Shown here: positions 53,501 to 64,000 of the stretch, in pieces
Layout: every line of letters begins with the position of its first letter
Numbering within the stretch: position 1 is the stretch's first letter
Assembly: GCA_964057225.1 (NCBI GenBank)
Contig: OZ059899.1
Coordinates: 21,142,001-21,206,000 of the forward strand
Direction: 5' to 3'
DNA: 64,000 bases
Source: Auanema rhodensis
Lineage: Eukaryota > Animalia > Nematoda
Program-made: the position numbers and the translations under genes
Notes under the pieces: generated by a model
The model's database searches: none
Seen by the model: only the letters and a program-made list of their open reading frames with translations
What the model was told of the DNA's origin: nothing

Positions 53501-54704
53501 CCCTGAAGAATTAATTTTTTCGTTGAATAACATTGTCCATCGTCTTTGCCTTGAAAAAAGGAATCTAAAAACATCTACTTTTTGCTAAATTATTTTGAAA
53601 TTTTTTGAAAAAATTTTTGTCAAAATGTTTTTGGAAGCAATGTTGAGTGTACATGGAAACTCAACATACACTAATGCATCATTTTTCAAACGATCATAAC
53701 TAATTTTTGTATTAAGCGTTTCTCAAAGTAGTATAGTGCATTCGATGCGGATTTTTAAGCTGCGTCGATCTGTGTTATCAGATTTGCGCTAGCTTAAAAA
53801 TGCACCGAGATATCAACTGATATAAGTTCACACTTATATCCTCGATTTTCACCCTGAAGAATTAATTTTTTCGTTGAATAACATTGTCCATCGTCTTTGC
53901 CTTGAAAAAAGGAATCTAAAAACATCTACTTTTTGCTAAATTATTTTGAAATTTTTTGAAAAAATTTTTGTCAAAATGTTTTTGGAAGCAATGTTGAGTG
54001 TACATGGAAACTCAACGTACACTAATGCATCATTTTTCAAACGATCATAACTAATTTTTGCATTAAGCGTTTCTCAAAGTAGTATAGTGCATTCGATGCG
54101 GATTTTTAAGCTGCGTCGATCTGTGTTATCAGATTTGCGCTAGCTTAAAAATGCACCGAGATATCAACTGATATAAGTTCACACATATATCCTCGATTTT
54201 CACCCTGAAGAATTAATTTTTTCGTTGAATAACATTGTCCATCGTCTTTGCCTTGAAAAAAGGAATCTAAAAACATCTACTTTTTGCTAAATTATTTTGA
54301 AATTTTTTGAAAAAATTTTTGTCAAAATGTTTTTGGAAGCAATGTTGACTGTACATGGAAACTCAACATACACTAATGCATCATTTTTCAAACGATCATA
54401 ACTAATTTTTGTATTAAGCGTTTTTCAATGTAGTATAGTGCATTCGATGCGGATTTTTAAGCTGCGTCGATCTGTGTTATCAGATTTGCGCTAGCTTAAA
54501 AATGCACCGAGATATCAACTGATATAAGTTCACACTTATATCCTCGATTTTCACCCTGAAGAATTAATTTTTTCGTTGAATAACATTGTCCATCGTCTTC
54601 GCCTTGTAAAAAGGAATCTAAAAACATCTACTTTTTGCTAAATTATTTTGAAATTTTTTGAAAAAATTTTTGTCAAAATGTTTTTGGAAGCAATGTTGAG
54701 TGTA
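32585..54704 (+). repeat. Homogeneous domain of variable-length higher-order repeats (3- to 12-mers) built from a small set of monomer types
   Basis: Marker tttttgCatt is at 33346, 35452, 37909, 41068, 42823, 44230, 45985, 50197, 51955, 53008 and 54061. Spacings are 6, 7, 9, 5, 4, 5, 12, 5, 3 and 3 monomers. Confidence 0.88.
46277..49435 (+). repeat. Higher-order repeat, 3-mer, 1053 bp, three copies nested within a larger duplication
   Basis: The cacATtga variant is at about 46477, 47530 and 48583, each linked to gttgaCt and gtcttCg variants. Confidence 0.88.
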
Positions 54705-56728
54705 CATGGAAACTCAACATACACTAATGCATCATTTTTCAAACGATCATAACTAATTTTTGTATTAAGCGTTTCTCAAAGTAGTATAGTGCATTCGATG
54801 CGGATTTTTAAGCTGCGTCGATCTGTGTTATCAGATTTGCGCTAGCTTAAAAATGCACCGAGATATCAACTGATATAAGTTCACACTTATATCCTCGATT
54901 TTCACCCTGAAGAACTAATTTTTTCGTTGAATAACATTGTCCATCGTCTTTGCCTTGAAAAAAGGAATCTAAAAACATCTACTTTTTGCTAAATTATTTT
55001 GAATTTTTTCGAAAAAAAATTTTTGTCAAAATGTTTTTGGAAGCAATGTTGAGTGTACATGGAAACTCAACATACACTAAGGCATCATTTTTCAAACGAT
55101 CATAACGAATTTTTATATTAAGCGTTTCTCAATGTAGTATAGTGCATTCGATGCGAATTTTTAAGCTGCGTCGATCTGTGTTATCAGATTTGCGCTAGCT
55201 TAAAAATGCACCGAGATATCAACTGATATAAGTTCACACTTATATCCTCGATTTTCACCCTGAAGAACTAATTTTTTCGTTGAATAACATTGTCCATCGT
55301 CTTTGCCTTGAAAAAAGGAATCTAAAAACATCTACTTTTTGCTAAATTATTTTGAATTTTTTCGAAAAAAAATTTTTGTCAAAATGTTTTTGGAAGCAAT
55401 GTTGAGTGTACATGGAAACTCAACATACACTAAGGCATCATTTTTCAAACGATCATAACGAATTTTTATATTAAGCGTTTCTCAATGTAGTATAGTGCAT
55501 TCGATGCGAATTTTTAAGCTGCGTCGATCTGTGTTATCAGATTTGCGCTAGCTTAAAAATGCACCGAGATATCAACTGATATAAGTTCACACTTATATCC
55601 TCGATTTTCACCCTGAAGAATTAATTTTTTCGTTGAATAACATTGTCCATCGTCTTTGCCTTGAAAAAAGGAATCTAAAAACATCTACTTTTTGCTAAAT
55701 TATTTTGAATTTTTTCGAAAAAAATTTTTGTCAAAATGTTTTTGGAAGCAATGTTGAGTGTACATGGAAACTCAACGTACACTAAGGCATCATTTTTCAA
55801 ACGATCATAACTAATTTTTGTATTAAGCGTTTCTCAATGTAGTATAGTGCATTCGATGCAAATTTTTAAGCTTCACCCTGAAGAATTAATTTTTTCGTTG
55901 AATAACATTGTCCATCGTCTTTGCCTTGAAAGAAGGAATCTAAAAACATCCACTTTTTGCTAAATTATTCTGAAATTTTTTGAAAAAATTTTTGTCAAAA
56001 TGTTTTTGGAAGCAATGTTGAGTGTACATGGAAACTCAACATACACTAATGCATCATTTTTCAGACGATCATAACTAATTTTTGTATCAAGCGTTTCTCA
56101 ATGAGTATAGTGCATTCGATGCGGCTTTTTAAGCTGCGTCGATCTGTGTTATCAGATTTGCGCTAGCTTAAAAATGCACCGAGATATCAACTGATATAAG
56201 TTCACACTTATATCCTCGATTTTCACCCTGAAGAATTAATTTTTTCGTTGAATAACATTGTCCATCGTCTTTGCCTTGAAAAAAGGAATCTAAAAACATC
56301 TACTTTTTGCTAAATTATTTTGAATTTTTTCGAAAAAAATTTTTGTCAAAATGTTTTTGGAAGCAATGTTGAGTGTACATGGAAACTCAACATACACTAA
56401 GGCATCATTTTTCAAACGATCATAACGAATTTTTGTATTAAGCGTTTCTCAATGTAGTATAGTGCATTCGATGCGAATTTTTAAGCTGCGTCGATCTGTG
56501 TTATCAGATTTGCGCTAGCTTAAAAATGCACCGAGATATCAACTGATATAAGTTCACACTTATATCCTCGATTTTCACCCTGAAGAATTAATTTTTTCGT
56601 TGAATAACATTGTCCATCGTCTTTGCCTTGAAAAAAGGAATTTAAAAACATCTACTTTTTGCTAAATTATTCTGAAATTTTTCGAAAAATTTCAAAATCA
56701 AAATGTTTTTGGAAGCAATGTTGAGTGT

Positions 56729-59700
56729 ACATGGAAACTCAACGTACACTAATGCATCATTTTTCAAACGATCATAACTAATTTTTGTATTAAGCGTTTT
56801 TCAATGTAGTATAGTGCATTCGATGCGGATTTTTAAGCTGCGTCGATCTGTGTTATCAGATTTGCGCTAGCTTAAAAATGCACCGAGATATCAACTGATA
56901 TAAGTTCACACTTATATCCTCGATTTTCACCCTGAAGAACTAATTTTTTCGTTGAATAACATTGTCCATCGTCTTTGCCTTGAAAAAAGAAATCTAAAAA
57001 CATCTACTTTTTGCTAAATTATTTTGAAATTTTTCGAAAAATTTCAAAATCAAAATGTTTTTGGAAGCAATGTTGAGTGTACATGGAAACTCAACATACA
57101 CTAATGCATCATTTTTCAAACGATCATAACTAATTTTTTTATTAAGCGTTTTTCAATGTAGTATAGTGCATTCGATGCGGATTTTTAAGCTGCGTCGATC
57201 TGTGTTATCAGATTTGCGCTAGCTTAAAAATGCACCGAGATATCAACTGATATAAGTTCACACTTATATCCTCGATTTTCACCCTGAAGAACTAATTTTT
57301 TCGTTGAATAACATTGTCCATCGTCTTTGCCTTGAAAAAAGAAATCTAAAAACATCTACTTTTTGCTAAATTATTTTGAAGTTTTTCGAAAAATTTCAAA
57401 ATCAAAATGTTTTTGGAAGCAATGTTGAGTGTACATGGAAACTCAACATACACTAATGCATCATTTTTCAAACGATCATAACTAATTTTTGTATTAAGCG
57501 TTTCTCAAAGTAGTATAGTGCATTCGATGCGGATTTTCAAGCTGCGTCGATCTGTGTTATCAGATTTACGCTAGCTTAAAAATGCACCGAGATATCAACT
57601 AATATAAGTTCACACTTATATTCTCGATTTTCACCCTGAAGAATTAATTTTTTCGTTGAATAACATTGTCCATCGTCTTTGCCTTGAAAAAAGGAATCTA
57701 AAAACATCTACTTTTTGCTAAATTATTTTGAAATTTTTTGAAAAAATTTTTGTCAAAATGTTTTTGGAAGCAATGTTGAGTGTACATGGAAACTCAACAT
57801 ACACTAATGCATCATTTTTCAAACGATCATAACTAATTTTTGTATTAAGCGTTTCTCAAAGTAGTATAGTGCATTCGATGCGGATTTTTAAGCTGCGTCG
57901 ATCTGTGTTATCAGATTTGCGCTAGCTTAAAAATGCACCGAGATATCAACTGATATAAGTTCACACTTATATCCTCGATTTTCACCCTGAAGAACTAATT
58001 TTTTCGTTGAATAACATTGTCCATCGTCTTTGCCTTGAAAAAAGCAATCTAAAAACATCTACTTTTTGCTAAATTATTTTGAAATTTTTCGAAAAATTTC
58101 AAAATCAAAATGTTTTTGGAAGCAATGTTGAGTGTACATGGAAACTCAACATACACTAATGCATCATTTTTCAAACGATCATAACTAATTTTTGTATTAA
58201 GCGTTTCTCAAAGTAGTATAGTGCATTCGATGCGGATTTTCAAGCTGCGTCGATCTGTGTTATCAGATTTGCGCTAGCTTAAAAATGCACCGAGATATCA
58301 ACTAATATAAGTTCACACTTATATTCTCGATTTTCACCCTGAAGAATTAATTTTTTCGTTGAATAACATTGTCCATCGTCTTTGCCTTGAAAAAAGGAAT
58401 CTAAAAACATCTACTTTTTGCTAAATTATTTTGAAATTTTTCGAAAAAATTTTTGTCAAAATGTTTTTGGAAGCAATGTTGAGTGTACATGGAAACTCAA
58501 CGTACACTAATGCATCATTTTTCAAACGATCATAACTAATTTTTGTATTAAGCGTTTCTCAATGTAGTATAGTGCATTCGATGCGGATTTTTAAGCTGCG
58601 TCGATCTGTGTTATCAGATTTGCGCTAGCTTAAAAATGCACCGAGATATCAACTGATATAAGTTCACACTTATATCCTCGATTTTCACCCTGAAGAATTA
58701 ATTTTTTCGTTGAATAACATTGTTCATCGTCTTTGCCTTGAAAGAAGGAATCTAAAAACATCCACTTTTTGCTAAATTATTCTGAAATTTTTTGAAAAAA
58801 TTTTTGTCAAAATGTTTTTGGAAGCAATGTTGAGTGTACATGGAAACTCAACGTACACTAATGCATCATTTTTCAAACGATCATAACTAATTTTTGTATT
58901 AAGCGTTTTTCAATGTAGTATAGTGCATTCGATGCGGATTTTTAAGCTGCGTCGATCTGTGTTATCAGATTTGCGCTAGCTTAAAAATGCACCGAGATAT
59001 CAACTGATATAAGTTCACACTTATATCCTCGATTTTCACCCTGAAGAACTAATTTTTTCGTTGAATAACATTGTCCATCGTCTTTGCCTTGAAAAAAGAA
59101 ATCTAAAAACATCTACTTTTTGCTAAATTATTTTGAAATTTTTCGAAAAATTTCAAAATCAAAATGTTTTTGGAAGCAATGTTGAGTGTACATGGAAACT
59201 CAACATACACTAATGCATCATTTTTCAAACGATCATAACTAATTTTTTTATTAAGCGTTTTTCAATGTAGTATAGTGCATTCGATGCGGATTTTTAAGCT
59301 GCGTCGATCTGTGTTATCAGATTTGCGCTAGCTTAAAAATGCACCGAGATATCAACTGATATAAGTTCACACTTATATCCTCGATTTTCACCCTGAAGAA
59401 CTAATTTTTTCGTTGAATAACATTGTCCATCGTCTTTGCCTTGAAAAAAGAAATCTAAAAACATCTACTTTTTGCTAAATTATTTTGAAGTTTTTCGAAA
59501 AATTTCAAAATCAAAATGTTTTTGGAAGCAATGTTGAGTGTACATGGAAACTCAACATACACTAATGCATCATTTTTCAAACGATCATAACTAATTTTTG
59601 TATTAAGCGTTTCTCAAAGTAGTATAGTGCATTCGATGCGGATTTTCAAGCTGCGTCGATCTGTGTTATCAGATTTACGCTAGCTTAAAAATGCACCGAG

Positions 59701-60946
59701 ATATCAACTAATATAAGTTCACACTTATATTCTCGATTTTCACCCTGAAGAATTAATTTTTTCGTTGAATAACATTGTCCATCGTCTTTGCCTTGAAAAA
59801 AGGAATCTAAAAACATCTACTTTTTGCTAAATTATTTTGAAATTTTTTGAAAAAATTTTTGTCAAAATGTTTTTGGAAGCAATGTTGAGTGTACATGGAA
59901 ACTCAACATACACTAATGCATCATTTTTCAAACGATCATAACTAATTTTTGTATTAAGCGTTTCTCAAAGTAGTATAGTGCATTCGATGCGGATTTTTAA
60001 GCTGCGTCGATCTGTGTTATCAGATTTGCGCTAGCTTAAAAATGCACCGAGATATCAACTGATATAAGTTCACACTTATATCCTCGATTTTCACCCTGAA
60101 GAACTAATTTTTTCGTTGAATAACATTGTCCATCGTCTTTGCCTTGAAAAAAGCAATCTAAAAACATCTACTTTTTGCTAAATTATTTTGAAATTTTTCG
60201 AAAAATTTCAAAATCAAAATGTTTTTGGAAGCAATGTTGAGTGTACATGGAAACTCAACATACACTAATGCATCATTTTTCAAACGATCATAACTAATTT
60301 TTGTATTAAGCGTTTCTCAAAGTAGTATAGTGCATTCGATGCGGATTTTCAAGCTGCGTCGATCTGTGTTATCAGATTTGCGCTAGCTTAAAAATGCACC
60401 GAGATATCAACTAATATAAGTTCACACTTATATTCTCGATTTTCACCCTGAAGAATTAATTTTTTCGTTGAATAACATTGTCCATCGTCTTTGCCTTGAA
60501 AAAAGGAATCTAAAAACATCTACTTTTTGCTAAATTATTTTGAAATTTTTCGAAAAAATTTTTGTCAAAATGTTTTTGGAAGCAATGTTGAGTGTACATG
60601 GAAACTCAACGTACACTAATGCATCATTTTTCAAACGATCATAACTAATTTTTGTATTAAGCGTTTCTCAATGTAGTATAGTGCATTCGATGCGGATTTT
60701 TAAGCTGCGTCGATCTGTGTTATCAGATTTGCGCTAGCTTAAAAATGCACCGAGATATCAACTGATATAAGTTCACACTTATATCCTCGATTTTCACCCT
60801 GAAGAATTAATTTTTTCGTTGAATAACATTGTCCATCGTCTTTGCCTTGAAAAAAGGAATCTAAAAACATCTACTTTTTGCTAAATTATTTTGAAATTTT
60901 TCGAAAAAATTTTTGTCAAAATGTTTTTGGAAGCAATGTTGAGTGT
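56729..60946 (+). repeat. Higher-order repeat, 6-mer, 2109 bp, two copies, rich in palindrome-type monomers
   Basis: taattttttTatt (57131/59240), cagatttAcg (57561/59670) and aaagCaatc (58041/60150) all recur 2109 bp apart. Confidence 0.9.
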
Positions 60947-63900
60947 ACATGGAAACTCAACGTACACTAATGCATCATTTTTCAAACGATCATAACTAAT
61001 TTTTGTATTAAGCGTTTCTCAATATAGTATAGTGCATTCGATGCGGATTTTTAAGCTGCGTCGATCTGTATTATTAGATTTGCGCTAGCTTAAAAATGCA
61101 CCGAGATATCAACTGATATAAGTTCACACTTATATCCTCGATTTTCACCCTGAAGAATTAATTTTTTCGTTGAATAACATTGTCCATCGTCTTTGCCTTG
61201 AAAAAAGGAATCTAAAAACATCTACTTTTTGCTAAATTATTTTGAAATTTTTCGAAAAATTTCAAAATCAAAATGTTTTTGGAAGCAATGTTGAGTGTAC
61301 ATGGAAACTCAACGTACACTAATGCATCATTTTTCAAACGATCATAACTAATTTTTGTATTAAGCGTTTCTCAAAGTAGTATAGTGCATTCGATGCGGAT
61401 TTTCAAGCTGCGGCGATCTGTGTTATCAGATTTGCGCTAGCTTAAAAATGCACCGAGATATCAACTGATATAAGTTCACACTTATATCCTCGATTTTCAC
61501 CCTGAAGAATTAATTTTTTCGTTGAATAACATTGTCCATCGTCTTTGCCTTGAAAAAAGGAATTTAAAAACATCTACTTTTTGCTAAATTATTTTGAAAT
61601 TTTTCGAAAAATTTCAAAATCAAAATGTTTTTGGAAGCAATGTTGAGTGTTCATGGAAACTCAACGTACACTAATGCATCATTTTTCAAACGATCATAAC
61701 TAATTTTTGTATTAAGCGTTTCTCAAAGTAGTATAGTGCATTCGATGCGGATTTTCAAGCTGCGTCGATCTGTGTTATCAGATTTGCGCTAGCTTAAAAA
61801 TGCACCGAGATATCAACTGATATAAGTTCACACTTATATCCTCGATTTTCACCCTGAAGAACTAATTTTTTCGTTGAATAACATTGTCCATCGTCTTTGC
61901 CTTGAAAAAAGCAATCTAAAAACATCTACTTTTTGCTAAATTATTTTGAAATTTTTCGAAAAATTTCAAAATCAAAATGTTTTTGGAAGCAATGTTGAGT
62001 GTACATGGAAACTCAACATACACTAATGCATCATTTTTCAAACGATCATAACTAAATTTTGTATTAAGCGTTTCTCAAAGTAGTATAGTGCATTCGATGC
62101 GGATTTTCAAGCTGCGTCGATCTGTGTTATCAGATTTGCGCTAGCTTAAAAATGCACCGAGATATCAACTAATATAAGTTCACACTTATATTCTCGATTT
62201 TCACCCTGAAGAATTAATTTTTTCGTTGAATAACATTGTCCATCGTCTTTGCCTTGAAAAAAGGAATCTAAAAACATCTACTTTTTGCTAAATTATTTTG
62301 AAATTTTTCGAAAAAATTTTTGTCAAAATGTTTTTGGAAGCAATGTTGAGTGTACATGGAAACTCAACATACACTAATGCATCATTTTTCAAACGATCAT
62401 AACTAATTTTTGTATTAAGCGTTTCTCAAAGTAGTATAGTGCATTCGATGCGGATTTTTAAGCTGCGTCGATCTGTGTTATCAGATTTACGCTAGCTTAA
62501 AAATGCACCGAGATATCAACTAATATAAGTTCACACTTATATTCTCGATTTTCACCCTGAAGAATTAATTTTTTCGTTGAATAACATTGTCCATCGTCTT
62601 TGCCTTGAAAAAAGGAATCTAAAAACATCTACTTTTTGCTAAATTATTTTGAAATTTTTTGAAAAAATTTTTGTCAAAATGTTTTTGGAAGCAATGTTGA
62701 GTGTACATGGAAACTCAACATACACTAATGCATCATTTTTCAAACGATCATAACTAATTTTTGTATTAAGCGTTTCTCAAAGTAGTATAGTGCATTCGAT
62801 GCGGATTTTTAAGCTGCGTCGATCTGTGTTATCAGATTTGCGCTAGCTTAAAAATGCACCGAGATATCAACTGATATAAGTTCACACTTATATCCTCGAT
62901 TTTCACCCTGAAGAACTAATTTTTTCGTTGAATAACATTGTCCATCGTCTTTGCCTTGAAAAAAGCAATCTAAAAACATCTACTTTTTGCTAAATTATTT
63001 TGAAATTTTTCGAAAAATTTCAAAATCAAAATGTTTTTGGAAGCAATGTTGAGTGTACATGGAAACTCAACATACACTAATGCATCATTTTTCAAACGAT
63101 CATAACTAATTTTTGTATTAAGCGTTTCTCAAAGTAGTATAGTGCATTCGATGCGGATTTTCAAGCTGCGTCGATCTGTGTTATCAGATTTGCGCTAGCT
63201 TGAAAATGCACCGAGATATCAACTAATATAAGTTCACACTTATATTCTCGATTTTCACCCTGAAGAATTAATTTTTTCGTTGAATAACATTGTCCATCGT
63301 CTTTGCCTTGAAAAAAGGAATCTAAAAACATCTACTTTTTGCTAAATTATTTTGAAATTTTTCGAAAAAATTTTTGTCAAAATGTTTTTGGAAGCAATGT
63401 TGAGTGTACATGGAAACTCAACGTACACTAATGCATCATTTTTCAAACGATCATAACTAATTTTTGTATTAAGCGTTTCTCAATGTAGTATAGTGCATTC
63501 GATGCGGATTTTTAAGCTGCGTCGATCTGTGTTATCAGATTTGCGCTAGCTTAAAAATGCACCGAGATATCAACTGATATAAGTTCACACTTATATCCTC
63601 GATTTTCACCCTGAAGAATTAATTTTTTCGTTGAATAACATTGTCCATCGTCTTTGCCTTGAAAAAAGGAATCTAAAAACATCTACTTTTTGCTAAATTA
63701 TTTTGAAATTTTTCGAAAAAATTTTTGTCAAAATGTTTTTGGAAGCAATGTTGAGTGTACATGGAAACTCAACGTACACTAATGCATCATTTTTCAAACG
63801 ATCATAACTAATTTTTGTATTAAGCGTTTCTCAATATAGTATAGTGCATTCGATGCGGATTTTTAAGCTGCGTCGATCTGTATTATTAGATTTGCGCTAG

Positions 63901-64000
63901 CTTAAAAATGCACCGAGATATCAACTGATATAAGTTCACACTTATATCCTCGATTTTCACCCTGAAGAATTAATTTTTTCGTTGAATAACATTGTCCATC

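Larger units (their letters stand above)
1..64000 (+). repeat. Satellite DNA tandem array, 351-bp monomer (variants of 350-353 bp and 264 bp), about 185 copies, single orientation, running off both window ends
   Basis: The motif ACATGGAAACTCAAC recurs at 1, 351, 702, 1053, 1403, 1754, 2105, 2456 and onward to 63769. The sequence between is near-identical throughout. No non-satellite sequence or reversed monomer was seen. Confidence 0.99.

Noticed and set aside
1-64000. CRISPR array or repeat-spacer system
   Set aside because: There are no unique spacers. The entire 351-bp unit is repeated and no associated genes are present.

Overview
The whole 64 kb window is one uninterrupted, head-to-tail satellite DNA array on a single strand orientation. 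It holds about 185 copies of an AT-rich 351-bp monomer (about 31% GC by manual count of the consensus), most differing from consensus at only a few sites. I found no genes, RNA genes, transposon insertions or CRISPR array, and the two listed ORFs are chance stop-codon losses inside the monomer. The array looks like eukaryotic heterochromatic or (peri)centromeric satellite, but I cannot name the species or family from sequence alone. The notable features are internal. (1) The monomer is built from four dyad elements. (2) One subfamily converts a quasi-palindrome into a perfect 30-bp palindrome, the pattern expected from template switching. (3) A 264-bp variant with one precise 87-bp deletion occurs 10 times and creates a HindIII site. 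(4) Higher-order repeats are nested at 3-, 4- and 6-mer, about 8.1 kb and about 25.9 kb scales, with identifiable recombinant monomers. All counts and coordinates were read by eye.
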